This document shows, one piece after another, positions 10,568 to 23,330 of a stretch of DNA of 64,000 nt (its first letter is position 1; every line of letters starts with the position of its first letter). This DNA comes from Eledone cirrhosa (taxonomy: Eukaryota), in the NCBI GenBank assembly GCA_964016885.1, contig OZ024752.1, positions 40,300,001-40,364,000 of the forward strand. The letters are read 5' to 3'. The translations under genes and the position numbers were made by a program. Under the pieces are notes generated by a model, which worked only from the letters and a program-made list of their open reading frames with translations, was not told the DNA's origin and searched no databases.

Positions 10568-10751
10568 TGTTTCTACTTTAGGCACAAGGCCAGCAATTAT
10601 CCAGTGCATTACTGGTACTTTATTTTATCGACCCCGTAAGGATGAAAGGCAAAGTCAACCTCGGCGGGATTTGAACTCAGATCGTAAAGGGACGTAACTA
10701 TGCTGGAAAGCATGGCGTCCGACCCTCTACCGATACTGCCAATCCACCGCC
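10568..10751 (-). mobile_element. SINE-A, full length
   Basis: 18-bp TSD TGTGTATCAATCAATAAT at 10550-10567 and 10754-10771. Confidence 0.95.
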
Positions 10752-11332
10752 CTTGTGTATCAATCAATAATGATTTAGCAACAGTAAGTTATGGAAGCAT
10801 TCAAGTTGAAAGCATGATTGATGTATTTCAAACATTTTTTTTTCTAAACATGTTTCAATATGCTTCAACCAAATTACATATATAGAAACTAGATAGAAAT
10901 TTTTCAATACTCAATAATTATCTGAATGATCAGAAACAGATAACTGGTTTTTAGATTTTCTTCTCTTCATACCTATTGCTTACATTGAGCAGTTTACTTA
11001 ATTGTATGCACAATAATATGATTACATTTTCAAGGTCAGCAACCATGTTTGTTTCTGAGAAAATTAGTTCTGATGTACTGACAGCCTATTGAGAGGGGGG
11101 GGGGGGGGGGGGAGTATAAATAATTGAAAGCTGTTTTAAATTAGTTTGCTTTCAGGAAAAGGATAAGTGTAGCGTTTCAGGCAGTACACTTCATCAAACA
11201 AAGAGTGCTCTATCCATGCTTTGGGGGCAGGTATGGATAAAGAATCAAGAAGTTTACTTTATAATCATAAGATTCTGGGTTTTATATTGGACAAGTGTCT
11301 TTAACATAGTCTCAAATCAACTCCAGCTTTGT

Positions 11333-11567
11333 GAGACGTCTGGCCTAGTGATAAGGGTGTTGCACTTACGATCATAATGTCGTGGGTTCAATCCCTTGAC
11401 TAGGTTGTGTGTCGTATTCCTGAGCAAAACAGTTCATGTCACATTGCTCCAGTATACTCAGATGAAAATGAGTACCAGCAGGGTTTAACCCTGCGATGGG
11501 TTGGCAACCTGTCCAGGGGGGAGTCTTGTTCTCTCAGTCATTTCATACCATGGAAACTGTGATAAGC
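11333..11567 (+). mobile_element. Older tRNA-derived SINE (family C)
   Basis: A box TGGCCTAGTGA, B box GGTTCAATCC, core-like segment, then CCCTGCGATGGGTTGGCAACCTGTCCAGGGG; 3' part also at ~5645-5770 and ~6055-6180. Confidence 0.75.
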
Positions 11568-11688
11568 ACATTTCAACAGTTTAAACTTGTTAGATGTTGG
11601 AGCAGATTATCACCAGTTCCCTATGATGCTACTGTTTACTTTCATCGGGGAGGGTTTGTCTTTTAATCAAAGTATATTACTGGAACTG

Positions 11689-11935
11689 AAGGAGCATGTT
11701 AGAAAATTAGATTTGCAATCATGAGGTTGTGAGTTCGATTCCTGCATCGGGTTATGTGATATACTCTTGAGCAAAACACTTTATTTCACATTGTTCTTTC
11801 TCAAGGAGTTGCGACTGGTAGATAGTATCAGCAATGGAAAGACAAATGGAAACATTACTTCCTTTGTATGATTTGAGAAGTTCTACCCCACATGGTAAGC
11901 AAATGAGGTCTGGGATCTTGATATATTCGATCAAT
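11689..11935 (+). mobile_element. Older tRNA-derived SINE (family D: SINE-B-like head, different body)
   Basis: GAGTTCGATTCC B box; body GAGTTGCGAC.GGTA.ATAGTATCAGCAATGGAAAGAC shared with 55150-55400. Confidence 0.75.
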
Positions 11936-12340
11936 TGATTGTAGGAAACTGAAATAAAGCATCAGTTCCTTTAGGTTCATGGAGCTACCTCTGGGTAAAT
12001 ATAAATTGGAGAATCACATAACCCACTGAGTCATAGAGACACCACTGAAGATTTTATTGTTTTTTTTCTTTTAAACTGTTTAGCCAGGAAGGAGAGAATA
12101 GTTCTTATAAACACACCCCCATACATCCTTCAACACATGTGCACTCCACACTCCCCCCACACTCTTTTTCTCATGTTCTCTCTCTCTCTCACATACTGTT
12201 ACAATGGTGTGACACACCTGTTTAGTATATCTGTAAAACCAAAGTATTCATCAGGTGTAATTCCAAACTACCGAGATACTACAGTGAGATATACAGTCTG
12301 CCTGACAGTACACTCCAGTTATTATTTATAAATAAATCGT

Positions 12341-12685
12341 GGAGGCACATGGCTTAGTGGTTAGAGCATTGGCCTTGCAATCGAAAGGTTGTGAGTTCAA
12401 TTCTCAGACCGGGTGATGTGTTGTTTCCTTGAGCAAGACACTTTATTTCACATTGCTCCAGTTTACTCAGCTGTAGAAATGAGATGATAGGGACTGGGGT
12501 CCCTATCATTCCACTGTAAAGTGGTCGTGGAGGTGCCATGGCAAAAAAAGCACCCAGCACTCACTGTAAATGAGGTTGGTGTTAGGAAGGGCATCCAGCT
12601 GTAGAAATCAAGCCAGAATCAGTTCCCGTCCCACCCTTGCAAGCAGGGAAAAGTGGACGTAAAATGATGATGATGATGATGATGA
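12341..12685 (+). mobile_element. SINE-B, full length
   Basis: Near-identical to 3398-3745. Confidence 0.93.
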
Positions 12686-13583
12686 CCCTTTCCTATGTTT
12701 CTGAGTCAGGTGGGAGAGAGGAAGGAGAAGGCAGTTCCTATTACCTTTTTCTATATCTGTGAGACTAGTGGGAGAGATTAAGGTATTCGGAGACCTGGTC
12801 AGAATGTTTGCAATAGAGTAGATTCCACTAAAATCACCCAAGGACCAGGTGGTGGTGGTAAACTAGGTGACAAATTAAGTCTTCTACGCAAATAGAGATT
12901 GAGTCAGTCCTTAGGTTACAGAGTACTATGGAAATATTTGAAAAATTGACTATTATTTTACTCCTTAATGATCAAATAGTTGTGAGCCTTAGATCATTAA
13001 CTTCTAACACACCAGTCATAACACCTTTGTAACTATTCTCATCATCACTTGTCTATCCAAGATCACTCCACAACTCCCCTCCTTCTCATCACACTGTGAA
13101 ATTCTACCACACCTGTCATATACAAAGTTCACCTTGGCAGGATTTCATCTCCGAATGTAAAGAACAGAACAAATGCTGCAAATAATTTTATATGAGGCTC
13201 TTATGATTGATATATATTGCCATATATTGCCATAGAACAAATATTTATTATTTGAACAGACTAAAAGTTTAAGCACAAAATATTTGCTTTCACCCTATTC
13301 CGAAGATTCCAGTGTAGGTTGGTATTAGGAGGTGCAGTTAGCCATAGAAACCATGCTCCCAGTCCATGCTGTAAAGTGGTTGCCATTAAAAAGGTATTAA
13401 AAAGATGCACAATTCAATTTTCACTTCGGTTGGAGCTCGTTAAAAGTATTTTACAATAATATATGCATACTTTTGGCTTAAATAAACCATAGTAAAATAT
13501 AAGCAGGGAACGCCTAATAATATACTAGTTTCATAATACATTTTAAAAAACCTTATAAGAAAAACAAAGAAATAAATTACATA

Positions 13584-14774
13584 ATTGAAATCCTTCATTC
13601 TCAGCCGAAAAGAGGTAGTCACGGTTCTAGGACAGCATTCTTCACCATATGAGATGTCATCTGGTGTACCACAGGGATCTGTTCTTGGTCCCCTTTTGTC
13701 TGTGGCATATATTAATGACATAGATGCCAACTTACAGAATGCCACAGTACTGAAATATGCAGATGACATCAAGCTGTACCTTGAAATCAAAAGGACTGAT
13801 CCTGAAATCTACAACTCTTTCCTACAATCAGACCTGGACACATTGCAGCAATGGATCACAAACTGGCAACTGAAGCTGGCTGTGTACCACCATGCATTTT
13901 GGGAGGAAACATCCAGCATCCACATACTCCCTCCACAACACTGATATCAAGAAGTCCTCTTGTGAACGTAACCTGGGCATTACTGTCAGCAGTGATTTGC
14001 GTTGGACAAAGCATGTCTCTAAGATTGTCAAGAAGGCCAAGGGTGTCTTGGCATCACTCAGCAAGACCTTTGTTAGCTGCTCTCCAGCCATCTATTTAAA
14101 ACTGTATGCAGCTATGGTATGACCACACTTGGAATTCGCATCATCAGTCTGGAACCCCTATCTTGCTCAGAACATTGACCTCCTGGAAACTGTTCAGAGA
14201 CGTGCAACCAAGCGCATACCCTCCATCAGACACCTACCATACTCTGAACGCCTTGCTTCCCTGGGCATGGATTCATTGAAGCTCCGACGTCTGGCAATGG
14301 ACTTGGTAAATACCCACAAAGTTATTAACCATCTCGCCAACCACAACCCTGAGCACCTTTTTGATCTCCATGTGTCTAACACACGTGGACATGCCTACAA
14401 AATCAGAAAACAGCACAGCTCCCATGACTTTCGTAGACATTTTTTCAAGCTCAGAGTTGCTGAAGCATGGAACAAACTGCCTGCGTCAGTTGTTAGCTGC
14501 TGAGACACAGCATCCTTTAAAACCTCCATGAAACAAACTGCCTGCGTCAGTTGTTAGCTGCCAAGACACTGCATCCTTTAAGACACTCATGCTTCCCGAA
14601 ATACGCCAAAACTACACCTGATGTACCCCTTCCATACACATGCACACATGTGTGTATCATGACTCATGCACTGTTCATTTTCCTGACGTTTATACATTAC
14701 CCTATGTACTATACATACACTTTTTGATGAGTTGTAGTGCACCTGAGCACTGTACACAATATTTCATTATTATT
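13584..14774 (+). mobile_element. 5'-truncated CR1-clade LINE
   Basis: SGVPQGSVLGPLL, YINDI, KYADDIKL, LETVQRRATK, NTRGHAYKI, RVAEAWNKLP; (ATT)n tail. Confidence 0.94.
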
Positions 14775-14947
14775 GTAGAAGGTCGGACGCCATGCTTTCC
14801 AGCATAGTTACGTCCCTTTACGATCTGAGTTCAAATCCCACCGAGGTTGACTTTGCCTTTCATCCTTACGGGGTCGATAAAATAAAGTACCAGTAATGCA
14901 TTGGGTGATTGCTGGCCTTGTGCCTAAAGTAGAAACAATTATTATTA
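14775..14947 (+). mobile_element. SINE-A inserted in the CR1 (ATT)n tail
   Basis: Begins immediately after TTTCATTATTATT; ends GAAACAATTATTATT. Confidence 0.9.
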
Positions 14948-15929
14948 TAAGCGATAAAAACAAATGCGAAATTATAATGCTATAGTTATTTCCCTTTAAA
15001 AGCAGTTATCTTCCTTAGAGTTTCCATGTTTGCAAATTACCACAAAAATACAATGTTGTTAAATAGATTAGCTCGTTCTGCTAGAAACAGCAGTCAAATC
15101 TCCCTACACCACACCCTCTTATTTTAAAGAAGTTAACACACATTCAATAAATTAGTTCATTACTTTGCACTAAAGTTATCCTCTCTTGCATGAAATGAAA
15201 AATTAATAAAAGGAACAGAATATATTAGCTTCAGACATACCACATTCCCAACAAAATTTCTCTAATGTTATACTTATCCAAGGTAACAATGCTAAGAAGG
15301 ATACAGATTTGAGGGATCAAGAGTACAGACCTTAAATCTACCCCCAAGACTTTACTAGTAGTTCATTTTATTGACCTCCTAGAAGGATGGAAGGCACAGT
15401 GAACCTTATTGAGATCTGAACTAAAATAAATTGTATAAAATAACCCTGGAGATGGAAAAAATTTGGACAGATGGGCTTGCAAGGAATGAAACCATGAATC
15501 TCTTGGAGAATATGGGGGTTCAATTCCCTGTAGGTACTTACTTCAAATTTTTCCATCTGTACTTGATTTTCTCAACTGTTATTTATAATGAATAACTATT
15601 ATTATGGTCATTTGTGTTGGGACACACACATTTCAAATAGATTTACTTCAACTCTTCAAATATACACTGAATATAGATAGATTACATATTATCGGTTGTA
15701 TGGCTAGCAATTGAAGTGAAACTATGAGGAACAATATAATATATATATATATATATATACAATGTCACTGGACCGAGACCTTTGGCAGTACTCAGTAATA
15801 GAGAAGACCCGCCTTACCTAAATACATAGTAAAACCTACTACAGTCAGTAGGCATCTCTAACAAAATACACCCCCGTCCCACCACCCCCACCCCATCCAC
15901 ACCGCCCCCTTCTATGTAAAGTTATGTTG

Positions 15930-16215
15930 GTGCCACACCATCCAGGCCGAAACAAATGAGATTGTGTAGGTGTCACGACAAAAAAACACACAGTCCACGC
16001 TGTAATGTGGCCGTGTAGGCAACACGGTAAAAACCTCCCAGACCCACACTGTAAATGTGGTTGGTGTTAGGAAGGGCATCCAGCCGTAGAAAACCTGCCA
16101 GACAGTCCTATGCGAGCAATGACAATCACTCTTGCCTCGAGTGGGAAAAACCCCATCCAAACCCATGCAAGCGTGGAACACGGACGTTAAACGTTGATGA
16201 TGATGATGATGATGA
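15930..16215 (+). mobile_element. Short non-autonomous RTE-related retroposon
   Basis: GGTTGGTGTTAGGAAGGGCATCCAGCCGTAGAAA motif followed by the RTE-type tail and (TGA)n; no ORF. Confidence 0.7.
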
Positions 16216-16279
16216 TATATATATATATATATATATATACGATATTAACAAATGGAAACTATATTTATAAAACCATATC

Positions 16280-16344
16280 TATTTTATTATACATATTTCA
16301 AGGATACCATGTTAAATTATGGTATGCTTTCATCAGACAAAATA
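16280..16344 (-). ncRNA. Type-I hammerhead ribozyme motif (family H2)
   Basis: TATTTTGT-CTGATGA-AAGCATACCAT-AATTTAAC-ATGGTATCCTT-GAAA-TATGTA-TA-ATAAAATA: 8-bp helix I, 10-bp helix II with one C.C mismatch, minimal helix III, AUA site. Confidence 0.78.
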
Positions 16345-16437
16345 CAATATATACCAGTTTTATAAATAAATATTGACATACCCTTTCAAAATGCAACCGT
16401 TACTTTTGGAAGACATCGGGATATTTATACATATATA

Positions 16438-17010
16438 TATAAAAATTGATGAGCAGAACAAACAAACATTAAATAATCCTTTAAATAAATCTCTATGGGT
16501 ACTTAGTACTCAGTGAGATATTTACCTCATTTTTATATATTCTCCAATCTATGTCGAGAAAAAATTCATTGTTGCTTACTGCTATTTTTTTAGCAGCCAA
16601 GCCATCAACAAGTCTGTAATATTCCCGCTTTCACTAGTGGCTGGTTCACGTGTGGGTCACTTTAACGGCCATAGCTCATACGAGCTGGTAGTTGGCATTA
16701 TATTTACAGACCGTGGGACGTATGTCCTATAGAAAGGAAATAGCTATCTGATGAAATCTACTTTCCGTTGGAAATTCTCTGAATTTCCAATCTTTTGTAA
16801 ATGGAAACCGCCGGTAATAGCATTATGAACAGGCAGATATTTAAATCATTTTTTAATTTATTTAAAGGATTATTTAATGTTTGTTTGTTCTGCTCATCAA
16901 TTTTTATAGTTCTGGTATCTCGAATTAGTACCATAGAACAACAATTATATTATAGACAGCCTATATATCTCTATGGGTACTTAGTACTCAGTGAGATATT
17001 TACCTCATTT
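16438..17010 (+). mobile_element. ORF-less Penelope-like / retrozyme-like element
   Basis: 53-bp inverted repeat (16438-16490 vs 16856-16908), 44-bp direct repeat (16489-16532 vs 16967-17010), internal hammerhead, (TA)n flanks. Confidence 0.7.
16743..16821 (+). ncRNA. Type-I hammerhead ribozyme motif with extended helix II (family H3)
   Basis: GCTAT-CTGATGA-[49 nt containing hairpin TTGGAAATTC-TCT-GAATTTCCAA]-GAAA-CCGCCGG-TA-ATAGC; GUA site. First pair of helix II is an A.G mismatch. Confidence 0.68.
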
Positions 17011-17027
17011 ATATATACATATATATA

Positions 17028-17382
17028 TCATCATTTCATTTCATCCTCATCCTCATCATCATTTCATTTTACGTCCGCATTTTCCCTGCTTGCAAGGGTG
17101 GGACGGGAACTGATTCTGGCTTGATTTCTACAGCTGGATGCCCTTCCTAACACCAACCTCATTTACAGTGAGTACTGGGTGCTTTTTTGCACCTCCACGA
17201 CCACTTTGCAGTGGAATGATAGGGACCCCTGTCCCTATCATCTCATTTCTACAGCTGAGTAAACTGGAGCAATGTGAAATAAAGTGTCTTGTTCAAGGAA
17301 ACAACACATCACCCGGTCTGAGAATTGAACTCACAACCTTTCGATTGCAAGGCCAATGCTCTAACCACTAAGCCATGTGCCT
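17028..17382 (-). mobile_element. SINE-B
   Basis: Reverse complement of the SINE-B consensus with a small internal deletion. Confidence 0.92.
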
Positions 17383-17462
17383 GCATTATATATATATATA
17401 TATAAATACACTCTACTATATGCATTGAGGACTTCTTTCTCAATTTTTTTTAATACATACTC

Positions 17463-17762
17463 ATATAAAGGATAAAGATCCCCTAACGCCATGTGGAGTC
17501 ATAGAGGCACCATCATACGGTGTGTCTAGGGATCTTTTCAACCTGGAGCATCCCAACCTTCTCCAGGTCTAAACACAGTCGATTTTTTTTCTATAGATGG
17601 AGAATCGACCCATAACTGGATTGGTACTTTTTTTTATCGACCTTGAAAGGATGAAAGGCAAAGTTGACCACAGTGGGATTTGAACTCAAAGCGCGCAATG
17701 AGGTGGGACGAATACTGTAGGGCATTCTATCCAACGTCTTAACGACTGCCAATTCGCCGCCT
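17463..17762 (-). mobile_element. SINE-A-related element with a different 3' tail
   Basis: Head GGCGGCGAATTGGCAG and TTTGCCTTTCATCC body as in SINE-A, followed by an unrelated ~130-bp tail. Confidence 0.7.
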
Positions 17763-17812
17763 ACATACTCATATATTATATATTTAATACATAACATATT
17801 CATATATTATGT

Positions 17813-17921
17813 AATCCCGCCGAGGTTAACTTCGCCTTTCATCCTCACGGGGTCGATAAAATAAAGTACCAGTAATACACTGGGAATTTGCTGGCCTTGT
17901 GCCTAAAGTAGAAACAATTAT
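17813..17921 (+). mobile_element. SINE-A 3' fragment
   Basis: ATCCCGCCGAGGTTAAC...GTAGAAACAATTATT. Confidence 0.88.
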
Positions 17922-17923
17922 TT

Positions 17924-18885
<962 letters not shown>

Positions 18886-19039
18886 TCAGCCTAATGAATA
18901 CATGAAGAACTTTACATAGTTATGAAAACATTGTGAGATAAGGAGAACAAATAGTCACTCATTGCTCAGGGAATGTGGATGGTAACAGCTTCATAAATGT
19001 ATAAAGCTTTTATTACTAAGCATTGAGGTGCTGGAGATG

Positions 19040-19729
19040 CATGTGTGTGTGTGTGTATGTGTGCATGTGTGTGTGTCTGTGTTTGTGTGTGTATGTGTGC
19101 ATGTGTATGTGTCTGTGTTTGTGTGTGTGTCTGTGTTTGTGTGTGTGTCTGTGTTTGTGTGTGTGTCTGTGTTTGTGTGTGTATGTGTGCATGTGTGTGT
19201 GTCTGTGTTTGTGTGTGTGTCTGTGTTTGTGTGTGTGTCTGTGTTTGTGTGTGTGTGTGTGTGTGTTTGTGTGTGTGTCTGTGTTTGTGTGTGTGTCTGT
19301 GTTTGTGTGTGTGTGTCTGTGTTTGTATGTGTGTCTGTGTTTGTGTGTGTATGTCTGCATGTGTGTGTGTCTGTGTTTGTGTGTGTGTCTGTGTTTGTGT
19401 GTGTTTCTGTGTTTGTGTGTGTGTGTGTGTGTTTGTGTGTGTGTCTGTGTTTGTGTGTGTGTCTGTGTTTGTGAGTGTATGTGTGCATGTGTGTGTGTCT
19501 GTGTTTGTGTGTGTGTCTGTGTTTGTGTGTGTGTCTGTGTTTGTGTGTGTGTTTGTGTGTGTATGTGTGCATGAGTGTGTGTCTGTGTTTGTGTGTGTGT
19601 CTGTGTTTGTGTGTGTGTATGTGTGCATGTGTGTGTGTCTATGTTTGTGTGTGTATGTGTGCATGTGTGTGTGTCTGTGTTTGTGTGTGTGTATGTGTGC
19701 ATGTGTGTATGTCTGTGTTTGTGTGTGTG
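19040..19729. repeat. Compound (GT)n array (GTGTCTGTGTTT / GTATGTGTGCAT modules)
   Basis: Directly visible; source of the low-complexity ORFs 18966-19905. Confidence 0.95.
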
Positions 19730-20311
19730 GTCATGGGATTGGTATGAATTGTAATAAACGGTTCCTACATCATACTAGCTTTTTTGTTTTTTATTTAAAC
19801 ATTTTTTTTTGGTGGGTGGGTTATGGATTAATCAGAGAAGAAAAGCCAGTTCCTATGAATCTTTTCAAAACCTCCATGGCTGATGGCAAGAAGGGTGAAA
19901 GCTAACCTCGGGATGGAAACCAGGCCTAATGTTTATAGCAGAGTGACCAAAGGTCATGTAATTCTGTTAAACTGAACGACAGAATAAATCTACCTCTATC
20001 CAAAACAATTCATTGGGATTTCATACATTTACTGTCTAGCAAATTTTACTTGTAAAGTTTTGACCAACACAAAGTTATGGTAGGAGACATTGCTCAAGGT
20101 ACTGCACTGGGAATCTTATTGGTTTATCAGCATGTTACCTCATCATAGCCTTGTACATGTGGCACTAAGGATGATGCAATTTCACTTTACTTCCACTCTG
20201 GTTATTCTCAGAGTTGCCACTAGTTATGTTGCTGTAAAAAGGGTGTCAGTAGTTGCCATGATCTTATGGTTTGGCTGTTGTTGTTGATGTTATTGTTGCT
20301 GTCTATGTTAT

Positions 20312-20510
20312 TATAATAATAATAATTGTTTCTACTTTTGGCACAAGGCCAGCAATTATCCCAGCGCATTACTGGTACTTTATTTTATCGACCTCCGTAA
20401 GGATGAAAGGCAAAGTTAACCTAGGCGGGATTTGAACTCAGAATGGCAAGGGCCGTAACTCTATGCATCAAAGCATGGCGTCCAACCCTCTACCGATACT
20501 GCCAATTCAC
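20312..20510 (-). mobile_element. SINE-A
   Basis: Head to (ATT)n tail on the minus strand. Confidence 0.9.
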
Positions 20511-20574
20511 TATGGGTGAAGATGATGCTAAGGCATTTAACTTGTACTGACTCAGTTAACTTATCTATTATCTA

Positions 20575-21382
20575 TTATGGCTGGACCAAGGTGAAATACC
20601 AAAACCTTTTCCTAAACAGAAGCTATATCAAAAGAAAAATATGGAATTGTGGTCACTGTTTGGTGTTTAGGAAATGGAGTTATCCACTGCTACGTCATGA
20701 ATCCTCGTGAAACCATCACAGCAGAGAAGATTGCTAGCATGTTAACAAAACATGTCAAGAACTGCAATGTTTATTTACAACATTGTCAATGAAAAACAAC
20801 CAATTCTTCTCTATAACATGAGACCACATATCTGACAAATGATTCTGCAGAAATTGAATGAACTGGGATACAAAACTCTAACTCCTCCCAACTCACTCCC
20901 TAGACCCTTCACCTGCTAACTATATTCTTTTTCAAATATCTCAATAGCTTCTTCCAAAAGGTCTTCAACAACAAAGCAGCAGCTGAAAACATCTTCAAAG
21001 AATTCACTGGTTCCAGGCAGCAGGGTTCAACCAGAACATCGGTCCAAGACCAGAAAGCCAAGAAGAGCACCCTGAATATCTAAGACCTGCCCTACCTACA
21101 AATAGCCATTCAGCCTCCTTGAATTCATAGAAGAGTCCACCACCCTGCACCCACTCTACAGATTTAAAAGTAGTCTTGTTCTATCTTGTAAAATATCTTT
21201 CGGAGACCTTGTTTCCATGATTCCAGAATTCTATACAACCAGAGTAAATAATATCTTGTTGACAAAAATATCTTCATACTTAGGGTTATTATTTCGATTA
21301 ATAAAATTTATTCCGAGCTGAGATATATGGCTTTAAAGTTGTTGGTTTAAAAAACCACAATTATTTATGTTCCAGTCTGATA
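20575..21382 (+). mobile_element. Decayed mariner transposon, 3' half, with ~200-bp internal insertion (~21018-21217)
   Basis: Frameshifted WLDQGEIPKPF..KLYQKK, ETITAEK, RPHI, LQKLNELGYKTLTPPTHSLDPSPANY (PPYSPDLSPTDY-like), GYYFD*; 3' TIR-like AAAACCACAATTATTTATGTTCCAGTCTGATA. Confidence 0.82.
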
Positions 21383-21484
21383 TAAATAACTACCACAATT
21401 ATTGTATAATTAACTAACCTTCAGAATTCCAGATCACATGTACATTCTTCCATAACAGTATAAAGCAATAACAATGAGCTAACA

Positions 21485-21660
21485 AGGGAGCAGCTACATG
21501 GTCACGTGAGCTGCTAGAAATAGCAACCAAATTTCCCTCAAATCACTATATTATATAAAGACAGGACACATTAGACAATGTAGTCATATATACTCCTAAA
21601 AAAATTATTAGTCATGGTTGAAATGCATTTGATCATAGACCTGTTTGATCAGACTGCCAA
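21485..21660 (+). repeat. Old dispersed repeat (family E)
   Basis: CTGCTAGAAATAGCA.CCAAAT.T.CCTCAAATCAC motif recurs at ~15078, 28240, 38797, 39001, 39281 and, inverted, ~37960 and ~56115. Confidence 0.7.
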
Positions 21661-21999
21661 AAGCTCTCTTGTGGTTCTTACTTCACAGTGAGAGTAAATA
21701 CAAATAGATATGAGCCTGTATGTTTATTTATTTATAACCATTGCTGTATTGGTTCTCTAACTTTAATAAATAAGTTAAGTTATTCTTAACATAATTAATA
21801 TTGAGGGCATTAAAAACTAGCTAGAATGAATTGTACGGGAAGAAAACAAAACAAACATTATTAATCTATGACCAATAATATTTATATTTTTCAGCAAGTA
21901 TGAAAGATAACTCTGGACATATTATGGTCTTCTTCTGGCCTCATCAGCAAAGCATAGCCTTCATCATATTTACTAAAGTAGTGGTGAAAGTATCATTAA

Positions 22000-22218
22000 T
22001 CCTTTAGCATTTAAACCGGCCATATCTGGCCAGAATTCTTTCACCTTTTTCTGTTCAAACCGGGCATAAGTGGCTGCTTATATTTATGTTAAGGTATTGT
22101 TCTCAACATAAATAATATCAAAATCTCATAGATTTGATATTGTAAGATAATTATGTGAGGTAAAGCCTTTACCATGAAAATACAATAGTAAATATAGAAT
22201 AGTGTAAATGCTAAAGAG
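22000..22218 (-). mobile_element. TTAA-flanked (piggyBac-type) MITE
   Basis: TTAA-TCCTTTAGCATTTA...TAAATGCTAAAGAG-TTAA. Confidence 0.8.
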
Positions 22219-22324
22219 TTAAGAAATGAGGTGAATATTATTATTAAGAACCACAGTACTTGTCTTAACCCATGATAATTTATCTTTGGAAAGGAATGGA
22301 GAAATCATCCAAATATAAAGATCT

Positions 22325-22669
22325 CATCATCATCATCATCATTTCATTTTACGTCCACTTTTCCCTACTTGCAAGGGTGGGACGGGAACTGATTCTGGCT
22401 TGATTTCTACAGCTGGATGCCCTTCCTAACACCAACCTCATTTACAGTGAGTGCTGGGTGCTTTTTTGCCGTGGCACCTCCACGACCACTTTGCAGTGGA
22501 ATGATAGGGACCCCAGTCCATATCATCTCATTTCTACAGCTGAGTAAACTGGAGCAATGTGAAATAAAGTGTCTTGCTCAAGGAAACAACACATCACCCG
22601 GTCTGAGAATTGAACTCACAACCTTTCGATTGCAAGGCCAATGCTCTAACCACTAAGCCATGTGCCTCC
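22325..22669 (-). mobile_element. SINE-B, full length
   Basis: Reverse complement of the consensus. Confidence 0.93.
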
Positions 22670-22836
22670 ATCTGAAAATAGAAATACGTTGTTGGTCATT
22701 GTCCCAATCAAAGAGCCCTCTCTTCTCTGGGAGGTGGGAAGGAGAGGAGGATGAAAATAAATATGAAGTTATGGATGTATGGCATGTGTGGTGTAGTTTC
22801 ATAGAGGGAAAGCAGATGTAATGATGGTGAGAATAC

Positions 22837-23330
22837 CTAAGCAGTAATAATTGTTTCTACGTTAGGCACAAGGCCAGCAATCACCCAGTGTATTACTGGT
22901 ACTTTATTTTATCGACCCCGTAAGGACGAAAGGCAAAGTTAACCTCGGCGGGATTTGAACTCAGAATGGCAAGGGCCGTAACTCTATGCGTCAACTCTAA
23001 GCAGTAATAATTGTTTCTACTTTAGGCACAAGGCCAGCAATTACCCAGTGCATTACTGGTACTTTATTTTATCGACCCCGTAAGGACGAAAGGCAAAGTT
23101 AACCTCGGCGGGATTTGAACTCAGAATGGCAAGGGCCGTAACTCTATGCGTCAACTCTAAGCAGTAATAATTGTTTCTACTTTAGGCACAAGGCCAGCAA
23201 TTACCAGTGCATTACTGGTACTTTATTTTATCGACCCCGTAAGGATGAAAGGCAAAGTCAACCTCGGCGGGATTTGAACTCAGAATGGCAAGGGCCGTAA
23301 CTCTATGCGTCAACTCTAAGCAGTAATAAT
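22837..23330 (-). mobile_element. Three tandem 5'-truncated SINE-A copies (160-bp unit including the TSD)
   Basis: CTAAGCAGTAATAAT at 22837, 22997, 23157 and 23316 brackets three identically truncated copies. Confidence 0.93.

Noticed and set aside
11165-11205. TTGATGA-AG...CT-GAAA-CGC-TA on the minus strand
   Set aside because: C3 is mutated and helices are too weak; possibly a very old hammerhead but not supportable.
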